In this document: piece by piece, positions 12,437-24,204 of the stretch
Numbering within the stretch: the stretch's first letter is position 1
Layout: each line of letters starts with the position of its first letter
Origin: Okamejei kenojei
Lineage: Eukaryota
Assembly (NCBI GenBank): GCA_035221665.1
Contig: CM069131.1
Location: 27,528,001 to 27,592,000, forward strand
DNA length: 64,000 bases
Direction of reading: 5' to 3'
Made by a program: the position numbers and the translations under genes
The notes under the pieces: model-generated
Database searches by the model: none
The model's input: only the letters and a program-made list of their open reading frames with translations
Told to the model about the DNA's origin: nothing

Positions 12437-13348
12437 CAGGGCCTGCATTAGGAGGTGCGGGGCCCAATTGGGAACAATTTTGGTGAGGCCCAGGTTCCTA
12501 GCCAAGGTCTGTAGAATCATAGAAATACAAATAAAGTCTATTGTAGACTTTTCTATCTCTATGGTAGAATGGAAAGTAATCAAAATGTGCGCTTAAAAAG
12601 TGCCTGCGAGTTAATAGACCAAACGGATCTAAGCTACATTTTAATATAAAATTGCATACATGTAAGCCTACAAGTAACAAACAAAATGTGTAGATCACCT
12701 CTGAAAAGTACATAGTTACAATACCACGTGTGCGTGTGTGTGTGTGGGAGGGAAGGAGAAAAGGGAGTGAGGGAAGTAGAGGAGGGAGGGAGGGAAGGAG
12801 GGAAAGAAGAGAAGGAGAGAAGGGAAAAGAGAGAGAGGAAGGAGAGAAGGGAGGGAGAGGGAAAAGGGAGGAGGGAAGGGAAGGAGAGAAGGGAGGGAGA
12901 GGGAAAAGGGAGGGAGGGAAGGGAAGGAGAGAGGGAGGGAGAGGGCCGGAGGCAGAAGCGGATGCCGGGGTCTGGCCGGACTGTTGTGAGCTGAGGCCGA
13001 GGTTTGTAAACGTTGCTCCAACCCCCGGCCCGGCCCTTCCTGTATTGTTCACCGCGTCTTCCCGGGGAGAGAGAGGGATGGAGCCGGGGCTGTCTGCGTG
13101 AAGCACGGCGACTGGAGGGGCGGGAGCATTGCCCCGGGACCGTGAGGAAACGACCCACCGCCCCCTTCTCCATTCCCCCTCACTCCCCCCTCCCGTCTAT
13201 CCCTCCACCCCTATACTCTCCCTCCACTCCTCTCTCCCCCGTCCACCCGGGGTGGATCTACCAGAGCCGAGAGTAGATTCCTTCAAAGATCTTTAGGTGC
13301 GGAGCCCAATTGGGAGCAATTGGTCCAATCGGCTAAAGGCCGGCCCTG
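12437..13348. mobile_element. Non-autonomous hAT element
   Basis: Termini CAGGGCCTGC...GCCGGCCCTG; 8-bp TSD gcggtgga/gcggtgaa (12429-12436, 13349-13356); subterminal repeat ggtgcggRgcccaattggg at both ends. Confidence 0.8.
12746..12945 (+). repeat. ~200-nt polypurine (G/A) tract
   Basis: Almost pure A/G with recurring agggagggagagggaaaagggag units. Confidence 0.9.
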
Positions 13349-16300
13349 GCGGTGAAGGCCAGTTCTCTGGATACTTTCAAGAGAGAGCTAGATAGGGCTC
13401 TTGAAGATAGCGGAGTCAGGGGATATGGGAGAAGGCAGGAACTGGGTACTGATTGTGGATTATCAGCCATGATCACATTGAATGGCGGTGCTGGCTTGAA
13501 AGGCCGAATGGCCTACTCCTGCACTTATTGTCTATTGTCTAATATGCTTTGTTTTATTAGTTGTTTTCAGGGAGGGCATGATTGAGAGGCTGAGGTAGGT
13601 TCTAAGATAGAAGGTTGGGCAGGGAAGGAGGCTTGAAATAGTGCCCGCTTAATTGTGGCATTTTGGATTAATGCACAGAATGGAAACGGGAACAACATTT
13701 ATTATTAGCTACCACTATCTCTGGAAGCACATGATAATTCCAAAGGGATTGTTGAGAAAGTTGAAATGCAGAAAACAATGTTTTTTGTTGGTATACTGCA
13801 GGTTTCCATATGCAGAGATCCAGAATTCTTTTAGATTTGGAAATGAGGCGGAAGAGATTATTGAAGAGTAAAATAATCTGCAGTCACTTGGATTTCTCTG
13901 TGGGTCAGCAGAGATAAAAAGATCATGTTCCTAACGTGATTACCACAGTGATGATGCAGTTGGCTCCAGAATAGAGAATTGTTGATGATTAAATATAAAT
14001 TGGAAAGCTTAAAGTCCACACCTTTTAAAAATACCCATTGCATGAAATGAGGTACCTTTTCTACAAATAATGAGTACCTTAGCTTCTGAGCTGAAAATCA
14101 ACTCTGAATACTTTGTGAAATCTGGTTTCCCAATGTCGATTTGCAAAATGACTGTTGTGGCAGAAAGTGGTATTTTACTCCCATTTTTATTTAAATTAAA
14201 GACACGCCACAGAATTTGCTAATTAATTCAGTTCCTTAACAGGATACTTCGTCAACAGAATTCTGTAAGCACAATCAGCAAAATTCTGCCCATGAGACCA
14301 GCACTGGTACTCATTTTGTGCCTTTCACCCAATGGTCATATAGAGTTGAACAACATAATGCACTGTTATTTCTGGACCCTAATTTGGAATCAGAATAAAC
14401 TGATTAACTTTTTAAAATCATTTGTATTTTCTGTTTGTGTAGTTATAATATAAACTTTGTAGCCATCTGATCCTTGTTTTTTTTCCTCGAGAAAATATTA
14501 AATGTGTGGTTGAGCTGCAGATTGAGTGTGCCATTTGTGTTAAATACCTGTGATGATTTGTGAGGCAATAGTGACCATACTCCATAGTGACCTCTCCCCT
14601 CCTGCAGTTGAGGTTTCCGTTAAAAAAGATCCTTTACCAGAGTTCAGCTGCGTTCAACAGTGAATTAATTCCAGTTGACCGAGTAAATTAATTTCTAGCT
14701 GGCTTTTTAATTTCCCCTTGTGGAAGACTGCCATATTTTTCTCTTAAAAACTCATTAACAAAGGATTGAGAAGCAAAAGTAGATTTGTCCAAAATCTTTG
14801 ATCTAATTTACTAATCCATTTCAGCATAAAAAAGCACAAAACAGCGAGGTATTTGTACCAGTATGTACCCAGTTTTTCTGCAAATCTCTGTCCTCCTTGC
14901 TGTTTAGCAAGAACTGCAAGCGTTTAACTTTTGTTTTTATTTTGCCTATGCAAAAAGCTTGAAATTCTGATTTTTTTTTGTGAGACTGGCTTTGAAATAC
15001 CCCGTTCCTTCAACTTCAAAGTTACCTGGGGATCTATTTGGAGTTTACAGTTACTGAGGGGAAATATACCAACTTGGATCAATGATAATGCTCAGATCTC
15101 TGGTTATGCATTTACGCTCCATCCGATAGCCTTGAAGGGCAAAGAAGAAAGGAGGTCTTGTGTTTTATATTCGTAGCATTACTCAGAAGGCGACTATTCA
15201 GCCAATCAAATCTACATCAAATGAAGAAGAGCTCACCCAGCTGAATCCCGTCTTTTAGCATTAGATGTGCAGTTTTGTGCATGTTCGTATACCGTTTAAA
15301 TATGAGTGTTTCTGCCTCTATGATTATAGATTATGTAAATGTAATTATTATTCCAATTACATTTTATGTCTCTGCCTCTTGGTTTTTGACAAACTTCACC
15401 AAAGACAATACCTGCTTTTTAGTTTATCCAGGCACTTCAATTTTATAGAGATTTCATTCTCACCAGAGCCCATCCAATTTTGTAACCTAAATGTTCCAGT
15501 CCTGGTAAGATTGTCATAAGTCTCCTCTGCACAGTCTCCAGTGTGGGTGTCTCTTTTCTGAAATGTAGTTTTGGACTTGCAGTCAATATTTAAGCTATGG
15601 CTTAACTAGTGTTGTACACTGTTCTAAGGTAACCTCACTACCCTAATCCTCTGCGTCTTAGCTAATAATGCCTTAATTAATAAAGTATTTTTCAATAGTA
15701 TTAGCTAATAAAGGATTTTTTTCGTACCGTTTGACCAGCCACATAAAGAATCTTTGGACATGCCTACCGAGGTTATCACAAGATCCATTAATCATTTTTT
15801 CCCCTTTTATTTCTGCCTAAGTCAAATTTGCTTTTTACTCTTACCAACTAGCCAAGTGGAGATTATTATTAATGCCTTTCACATTGCAGGATGCATTGGA
15901 GTACTTTGGACCCAGTGAATTGGTTTTGAAGTGTAATAATTGTTGTAATGAGGGGAACATATTGCAAAGGATATGCATCGTACCATAATAAAGACTGGAT
16001 AGTATGTTTTAATAATGACATTGAGATGCAGGACACTGGAGGTAATTCTCATGCACTTGCTGGACATACCACAGGTACTTCATTAAATGAGCACACTGAA
16101 CTTCAGTTAATATGTAATCTTAAAGTCGACATCTGCAGCTCAGCCTCTGTACTGTAATGTGGTGTCCTGCGATATTTTGGTGTTACATTCTCTGGGGAGA
16201 GATTTGAACCCCCAAGCTTCCGATCGGAGGCGAGCAAGTATGTCACCATAGCTGAGACCAATACAATTTAGGTTACTATTTCAGTGCAAGTGTCAAAGAA

Positions 16301-16861
16301 GGATGTGTTGTATTTGGAGTGAGATGTGAAATGTTGCTGTACTTGCCTCTTTTACTGTGAAAGAAAACAACACCAGCTGAATCTGACCTTTGCAGCTAAA
16401 ATGGTCCAGTCCTGGGCAGAATCTGAATTCTCTGCTGCACAGTCTCCTGTGTGGCTGCGTCTTGCCTGAACTGCAGTATCTGGAATTGCAGTCAATTTTT
16501 AAACTGTGGCTTAACTAATGTTGCACCTTGTTCTAAAATAACCTTCCTACCCTAATCACATGTGCCATTGCTAATACAGTAAAGCATTTTTCTGCCTTCC
16601 TGACCCGCTACCATAAAGAATCTTTGGACATGTCTACCGAGGTCGGTCTGTTACATCACAAGATGATGTTAAAGATCCCCTCACATTATTTGTGGAGGTG
16701 CAAGGTGGTTTTCCTGCTGTCTTCATCCATGTTTATGAATCAGTCAACATCACAGCACTGTTCTTAATACTCTCTGCTCTTTGTGGGATTTGAATGTTCA
16801 GAATGTAGATGCCATCTGTATTTAAAAAACTTATTGGTAGCGAAGAACTCTGAGTAATTAA

Positions 16862-17565
16862 AGCCCCTGTCCCACCTACGTGTCCTTGGCACGCTAATTA
16901 CGCGACCTCGTGGTCGCGTTGAAGCGCGAGGGCCCCGCGAAGGTCGCACGCGACTTCATGCATCCGCACAGCCGTCTAGAGCACGTGACGTCATTTGAAG
17001 ATAGACACAAAATGCTGGAGTAACTCAACGGGACCGGCAGCATCTCTGGAGAGAAGCAATGGGTGATGTATCGGGTCGAGACCCTTCTTCAGTCTGAAAG
17101 AAGGGTCTTGACCCGAAACGTCATCCATTCCTTCTCTCCAGAGATGCTGCCGGTCCCGCTGAGTTACTCCAGCATTTTATGTCCATCTTCAATTTTCTTG
17201 GCCCCGCTCTGGGAGTAGAAGTGGGGGCGGATCCGGACCGCAACGGCCGTGAGCCCCAGGCCGAGTTTGACGATCGTTTGCCTGCTTCTGCTCCTGTTGG
17301 AGGTGAGAAGTTGCGTTGCGTTGCGTCGCTCCAGGGTCTTGGGCCTGTCCCACTTTGCCCGTCAGTTATGCGACAGGTCGGTGGCGAGCGACGATTTCGA
17401 TCCTACAAAATTTCGGAGCGCCGCACGATACCGCGCACAACTCCATACCCCTCCTTGCTTCTCAGTGGGACCAGCCCCGCGCGGCCACGCGATGCCCGTG
17501 CGCCTCAACACGACGACGAGGTCGCGTAATTTGCGTGCCAAAGACACATAAGTGGGACAGGGCCT
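16862..17565. mobile_element. PIF/Harbinger-type MITE (subfamily C) containing a fold-back PLE end
   Basis: TAA TSD on both sides; imperfect TIRs of ~80 bp, AGCCCCTGTCCCAC...GTGGGACAGGGCCT. Confidence 0.8.
16995..17192. repeat. ~200-bp palindrome of two head-to-head Penelope-like termini
   Basis: Arms ttgaagatagacacaaaatgctggagtaactc... and ...gagttactccagcattttatgtccatcttcaa, centred near 17092. Confidence 0.9.
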
Positions 17566-18134
17566 TAAGGGTAAGAATGAGATTATACAGATTTAAGCTA
17601 TTTATGACCTATCCCATTGCGCTCAGGGAATAGCGAGGAGGTGCCAAAATTAGCCCTGATAGTCCTTGGTTAAGGAAGTAAACAACTTCCAGGATTCGAG
17701 CTCTGGATTGCTCTATCCATGTGAAGTTGTCTGTTCAGGATGGACAACACCGTTTGGCAGGCTGATACCAACTGAAAAATGTGCACGCATGAATACTGGT
17801 GTTGGGTGCTGGGAGGGCCACCATGGAAACTGATAAGGGAATAGCCAGCATGTAAATAAACACTGGCCATCCAGAGAATAAATTAAGGTGAAAATTGATT
17901 AAAAATACAAGAAATAGAAGTCCTTGTACCTGCTTTGCCATTCATTAAGATCATGGCTGATATTTTACTACTGTCTTGCATTGACCCCATATTCATTAAC
18001 TTTCATAATACACAAAACTTTATTGGTGTATATAGTGCACAAGGGACATGATTTGCATCGCTCCTGCTCCCCCATATGTGCTCTATGCTCATTAAACTAG
18101 AAATACTTAATAATGAGGGGGAACTTACAGAGTA

Positions 18135-18805
18135 ACGAAAGGATGTGGAGAGGATATTTCTACTAGTTGTAGAGTCTAGGGCCAGAGGGCACAGCCTCAG
18201 AATAAAAAGACATACCGTTAGAAAGGAGATGAGGAATTTCTTTAGCCAAAGGGTGGTGAAACTGTGGGATTCACTGCCACAGACGGCTGTGGAGGCCAAG
18301 ATTGTGTATTTTTAAAGGGGAAATTGATAGGTTCTTGATTTTTTGTAAAAGCCCTGTCCCATGGTACGAGTTCATTCCAAGAGCTCTCGGAGTTTAAAAA
18401 AAATCACACTCGTGGTAAGCACGGAGAATGAACGTAGCGGGTACGTCGGAGCTCGGGGGCGTTTCTTAGCGGCTCATAAAGCTGATGGCAGGTACTCGGG
18501 AAGACTCGCTAACGGCAGGTGAGCACGGGAAGACTCGTGAAGATTTTTCAACGTGTTGAAAAATGTCCACGAGAGCCCCGGAGTACCGACGAGTGGCCAT
18601 TACCATAAATCTCCGAGTTCGAATCAGGGCAAACTCGGGAGAGCTCTTGGAATGAACTCGAACCAGTGGGACAGGGCTTTTAGGGTGTCAAAGGTTACTG
18701 GGAGAAGGTGGAGTGTGGGGCTGAGGGGGAAAGTTAGATCACCCAGGATTGAATGGCGGAGTAGACTCGATGTACCGGATTACCTATCTCTGCTCCTACG
18801 ACATG
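18135..18805 (+). mobile_element. CR1 3' end interrupted by a MITE
   Basis: gagtctagggccagagggcacagcctcagaata...; the tail resumes at 18683. Confidence 0.8.
18349..18679. mobile_element. PIF/Harbinger-type MITE (subfamily A)
   Basis: TIR AAGCCCTGTCCCA...TGGGACAGGGCTT; TAA/TTA flanks. Inverted homologue at 32196-32535. Confidence 0.85.
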
Positions 18806-19609
18806 AAATGATGAAAATATTTATTGTCATTGGTCTGTAGTTTAAAGCTCAAGCAGTTAAACTTGGGCTTGACCGTGCAGTCTATGGTTGTTTGTTGACA
18901 TGTTGTTGTTTGATACCACGTTTGACAGACGATCTTTCATCGATAGTTTAGCCTAAGTTCCCCATGCTTCCCCATATCTTGTGTCTTTGACACATCCAGG
19001 GGACTCGCTTTCAGTGTATCATTTACCAAAATAAAAGTATTTCAGCTGTCCATAAAAGGCAATCCAACTTGTTCACAGGTAGAGTCAGGGTCCTTGATCA
19101 GGTGCATTCGTTTTCATAAGGCATAAATTACATCTTTCTAGTGGATTCTCCTTGATGTTATATAGCTGTTCTTTGATCAATCCGCCTAATTATGCACTTC
19201 CTGCACTCTGTTTTCAAATGCATCTATTTACCATTAATTATTTAGAGGCAATAGGCTGCATTTGTGGTTTTGTGCCTATGATATATTTAATTACGAATGT
19301 GTTGTTCAGAAGGATACGCCTGGGTTATTTCCCCATTGCCATTTTAAATGACATTGCAGCAAGACATCATCATACTGCTGCCGCACTTTCTAGGTCTTTG
19401 ATCTTGGATAGCTCATGGAAAACGCCACATGACGTCAGCTCAGACCACATGACTCTTCCCTCTGATTTGGCACATTCGTAAGCAATGAAACTCCTGGCTG
19501 CGGTGCTGTGCCATTCCGGCAACTTCATTTCCTTGATATGCTCCTGATCTGGTAGAAATTTATCTCCCTGCCTTGTCGGGCTTCATGCTGGAGTTATTTC
19601 TCCAGGTTT

Positions 19610-19880
19610 AGGTTTATTATTGTCATATGTCCTGAAGTACAGCAAAAAGCTTTATTTTGCATGCTATCCAATCAGATCAGATAATACCACGCATAAATGC
19701 AATCAAGCCAAACTCAAGCACAACAGGTGGAGCAGGGGAAAGATCCAGAGTGTAGAGTATAGTTTGCTGCATTCTGGTACACCAATTCCAGAGACAACGT
19801 CCATTGTCCGCAATGAGGTAGAGATGAATCAGACAGTGCCCTAACTTATGAAAGGATTGTTCAGAAGCCTGATAATGGAG
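19610..19880 (-). mobile_element. Rex1/L2-type LINE 3' tail
   Basis: Reverse-complement similarity to 34540-34790, ending gacaataataaacct. Confidence 0.55.
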
Positions 19881-21103
19881 GGAAGAAGATTAATGTTCTA
19901 GATGAGTTGCAAATTGTGGGATGAAGTTGTGGGAGTGGAAAGCAGATCTGCCGTAGGTAAGCTAATTTAGCCGCCTCATTACATATTTGCAATTTTAAAT
20001 ATCTTTCCACATTTTTTGAGGCTTCGGTAGTTGACATTTGCCGTTGATGAACCTGGAGTTTTTTTAAACTGAAACATTTCCTTTATTCAACGAGTCTACT
20101 TTGCATAAGTTACTTCAGAGACAGCTGGCAATTATGAATGTTGGCAGTCATATCATGGAAGAGATACAAAGAACACCTATGTGTTCTACATTACAAAGCT
20201 GGGTGTGACGACTGATAAATCTACATTTTAATTCTGACATGGTAGGCTGTGTGCTGCTGTGGTGTGGACGTGGGAGCTGATGGGTCACGGGTTTGACCAT
20301 TCTGGAAGGATACTGAAAATCAGTCAGATTTATGACTGCAGCCTTGATGATGTTGCTAAATTTCTGCTAAATCTCCCACTGTTTGTTCATGCTCATAATC
20401 TACTGTAGCCAACCCTAATCACCAATGCAGTAAACCATGATAATTGGCAATGTGCACGATTAAAGATTAAGGATCTGAACTGATTAAATAATCTACCCCT
20501 CAGCTGCCTGTAAGTAGAGCTCCTTATTTGAAGTGCCTCCCACAGAAACATGGTGGGGATAAATTTAAGAGGGAGCATGCATCTTTGGTCATCGTACATG
20601 TGAGAATAACAGCTGTAATTACTCTCTCTTCCTACATACCAGCAAGCTGCAATCTTGCTGCAGAGCTAGCATAAATGTATCCTCTTAATTATTTTACTAT
20701 GTGACATGCTTTTCTTTGAACTCCAGAAAGGAGACAAAATGGTGAATGTTTGAAGGTGCTGGCAACATTTCATGAATGCATACAACTAGGGTTGCCAACT
20801 GTTCCGTATTTGTCGGGACATCCCGTATTTTGGGCTAAATTGGTTTGTCCAGTATTTGACTGCTACTACTCGGGTCATGGGGACTGTCAGGTCAGAACGC
20901 TGCGTCCGGCCCCGCCTCACCCGCCCGACGTAGCTGTCCAACCTTCGGACCTTCGCCGACATCACCACCCCTCCTTCTCATGGTCGATCATCGGTTTATG
21001 AGTCGGATGGGGTGTTGGACTTTGCGTGCTGCAGGACACAATGCCCAGCCGGCGGGCCAGCTGAGGAGTTTTGGCCTGTGTGCTGGATTTTGCGTGCAAC
21101 ATT

Positions 21104-21285
21104 TGTGAGTGAGTGCGTGTGTGAGAGTGTGTGTTTGTATGTGCGTGTGTGTTGTGAGTGAGTGTGTGTGTATATGAGTGAGTGTGAGTGTGTGCATGTG
21201 TGAGAAAGTGTGTGCGCATGTATGTGTGGGTGTGTGTGTGAGTGTGTTTGTGTGTGTGAGTGAGTGAGCATGTGAGTGTGTGTGC
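21104..21285. repeat. Compound (TG)/(TGAG) microsatellite
   Basis: Direct reading. Confidence 0.9.
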
Positions 21286-21862
21286 AACCTATCCTCTTGT
21301 TCCCTTCTCCCTCACATACTGATCTAATGTGTCCTTCTGCCTCTGATCATCCGCAGCGGCCATGTTTCCCTTGCAACGTAACTGCTTTCCTCAGGGCCTC
21401 GTGAGTAAGGTTGCCAACTGTCCCGAATTAGCCGGGACATCCCATAAATTGGGCTAAATTGGTTTGTCCCATATGGGACCGCACTTGTCCCGTATTTGAC
21501 TGCTACTACTCGGGTCGAGGGGACTATTGGGTCGGAGCGCCGCGGCCAGTCCTACCCCGCCCGTCCCAACCTAGTGCAGCCCATGTAGTGCAACAGCAGT
21601 GCCTCGCCCCCGGCCTTGTCAGTCGGCAGCCCGGCCAGCTGTCCGACCTTAGGACCTTCATTTACCTCCCCCCCTCTTTCTCATGGCCGATCATCGGTTC
21701 ATGAGTTGGATGGGGTGCTGGACTTTGCCTGCAGCAGAACACGATCGTGCAGCAGATCATCGGTTCATGAGTTGGATGGGGTGCTCAGCCACGGCCGAGT
21801 TGGTCAACGAATTGCCCCGGACGTGGTGACTTGGTTGACGTCCTGTCACTTTCCGTGCATCA

Positions 21863-22189
21863 AGGGCCTGTCCCACTTACGCGACTTTTTCGGCGACTGC
21901 CGGCATCCGTCACAGGTGGCCGAACATTTTCAACGTTGAAAATTCAGCGGCGACCAGAAAGACGCTACGACTCTTTGGGTGAGCAGGAGACCTCTCACGA
22001 CCGTACAGGTGACACCCTGGTGACATGTCGCGGGGTGAAGCCTGCATGGTCGTGAGTGGTCGCCCAAAGAGTCCTACCTTGTTCTGATCGCCGCTGAATT
22101 TTCAACATGTTGAAAATTTCAGCGACCTGTAACAACATATGACGGATGCCGGCAGTCGCCGAAAAAGAGGGGTAAGTGGGACAGGCCCT
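21863..22189. mobile_element. PIF/Harbinger-type MITE (subfamily B), almost fully palindromic
   Basis: AGGGCCTGTCCCACTTAC...GTAAGTGGGACAGGCCCT; TCA/TAA flanks. Confidence 0.85.
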
Positions 22190-22254
22190 TAAGTTGCACG
22201 CCTGGTTTGTCGAAAAGATCAAAATTCAAAACTCGAAGTACAGTTACTACTGAA

Positions 22255-22328
22255 TCTGTAACGCTTTTGCAACATCGTAAAGTCGAAATATCGTAAGTCG
22301 AAGCATCGTAAGTCGAGGAGCATCTGTA
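22255..22328. mobile_element. Single end of a pogo/Tigger-like element
   Basis: (atcgtaagtcga) x3 then ggagcatctg|ta. The reverse complement CAGATGCTCCTCGACTTACGATG resembles recalled Tigger-type TIRs, with a TA flank. Confidence 0.6.
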
Positions 22329-22544
22329 CTCTGTAATCACCAGAGGGCACGCTTACAGACAGATCCTAGATCTGATACAACAGCGTGCGTGCGTGTTGCA
22401 TGTACTGTTGACGCTACGTACGAGTGATTCGCCTGTCATCCAATCACAGGCCCCCTTATGTGCGCCAGTTGTACGCTATATTTAGCCAATTCCAGCCAAA
22501 ACAAAATGTTTCAGTGACCTCTGGTGTTGTTCGTATGTGCAAAT

Positions 22545-22673
22545 ATGGATAAACCTGCAAAAACAGAAAGACTGTGCAGCTATAACAAGCAATGGGAAGC
22601 AAAAAAGATATGGGTTAAGCCCGCCAACGGTGACTCTACGAAGTCTTTCTGTACTTTATGTCGTCCGGAATTT
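22545..22673 (+). pseudogene. N-terminal remnant of a hAT transposase (start of BED-like zinc finger)
   Basis: MDKPAKTERLCSYNKQWEAKKIWVKPANGDSTKSFCTLCRPEF shows the W...W...FCxxC pattern and runs directly into the right subterminal repeats. Confidence 0.65.
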
Positions 22674-23289
22674 GTCCCTTATTTTGACCGTTTGTCCCTT
22701 ATTTGGGAGTGAGAAAGTTGGCAACCCTACATACAACATAAGTGCCCGGAGGCACAGTGACACCGTCCTGTGGAGATGAAGGGGCAGGGTTACGTAGGTT
22801 CCATTGTTTTAGATCTTGCTGTGGACAAATTTATTGAATTTTTATCTGCTGCATGGGAAAGCTTTTGCACAATGCTTGGCATACAGCCTACTTAATCCAA
22901 TGATTGGAAACCAGCAAAGGCTGCTATTCTTACATTTAACAATAGGTTTCCTCTATGGGCCACTGCTCCGTGATGCATGGTGAAAGGTGTAGGAATCTAC
23001 TGTTATAGCGCATACCTTGGGAACACCTGCCACTTGCGTAAATGGCATGTGATTCTCAGTTCAATCCCATATCCCCTCCAACCCTTACCATACAACTGCA
23101 ACAAAGAAATACTCTGGGCAGATTTTCCCCACAGCTGTAAAGAACCAGAGGAGCTAAATGTGTCATCCTTGTTTAATTGAAAAAAAAAAGAAAATACTGG
23201 AAAACCACAGTCAGTTAGTCAGTCATCCGTGGGCTGCGTGAATGCAGATTGAGTGACCAATTTGCAAAGTATCCGTTTTTGGGAGAGTG

Positions 23290-23890
23290 ACCATGAGTGT
23301 CCCATTGCCTGTCCCTTTAATTCTCCATTGCACTCCGACTCTGACCTCTCAGTTTGTGACATTCTGCATTGTTACTGAGGCCCAGTGGAAGCTTGCGGAA
23401 CAGCATCTCATTTTCCATCAGGGGAATTAGCAACCTATTAAATTCTATGTCTTCAGGTAACTTTATATTTGGGTTTGATCAGTGGTCCATCTGTGATATT
23501 GACCCAACCCGTTTGTTTTTTTTTTTCCCTCGTTTTCTCTGTTCCTTTCTAGCAGGAGAGGATGTGCCTGCCCTAACCTGTCAGGCTTGTCTTCCAGCAT
23601 TCCACAACTCCTACATTCTTTTCCAGAACACAGTCTGCAGTTCCTTGTGTCTTCTACATTCTTTTGTTTGGGTTCCCTAATTGCTCCCATCCACCTTGAC
23701 CAGGTAACTTTGTTTACAGGTTACCCAATGGTTACCTCCATCAGCATCTTAACAAACTTCCCTCCTTTTCAAATCTGCTGAGGGGCTTCAACCTGAAACA
23801 TTAACTCTGTTTCCCACAGCCTGATCTGCTGAATGTTTCTGGCGTTTTCTGATTTTACATTTGATTTCCAGCATCTGCAATTTTTAAGAT
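23290..23890 (+). mobile_element. Old Penelope-like 3' remnant
   Basis: Decayed GIY-YIG C-terminal region (tttaattctcc...gaacagcatctcattttcc) and tail ctgctgaatgtttc...ccagcatctgca. Confidence 0.5.
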
Positions 23891-24204
23891 CTCATTCTTG
23901 TATTGTCTGAGTGGCGTTTGCACATTCTTCCTGTGGACAGAAGGGTTTTCATGGGGTTCTCCAAAAGAACCAGAGGAGTGTTGATGGGTGTGTCAGAGAG
24001 TAAGTTGCAGAGTCACACGGGATAAAGGATAAGTAATGGCATTGATGGGATTAGTCTTTTCAGTTTAGAGATACAGCATGGAAAGATCCTTCCGCCCACC
24101 GAATCCACGCCGATCGTTGATCATTGTTCACATTAGTTCAATGTTATCCCAGTTTTAAGTCCACTCACTCTGCACAGTAAGGGCAATTTGCTCTTTGGAA
24201 GTTT

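Larger units (their letters stand above)
11720..13540 (+). mobile_element. CR1 LINE 3' part (RT core to tail), split by a hAT insertion
   Basis: [10 protein letters not shown]...[12 protein letters not shown] motifs and ORF 12101..12451. Sequence resumes at 13349 and ends in (CTATTGT)n. Confidence 0.9.
20787..22729 (+). mobile_element. Internally deleted hAT (Blackjack-like termini) composite
   Basis: TIR TAGGGTTGCCAACT...AGTTGGCAACCCTA; perfect 8-bp TSD catacaac (20779-20786, 22730-22737); tgtccc subterminal repeats. Confidence 0.9.

Noticed and set aside
12498-13276. Several overlapping long ORFs (up to 202 aa)
   Set aside because: Produced by the stop-free polypurine tract inside a hAT element; low-complexity peptides.
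20962-21287. His/Thr-rich ORFs
   Set aside because: Translation of a (CA)n-type microsatellite.
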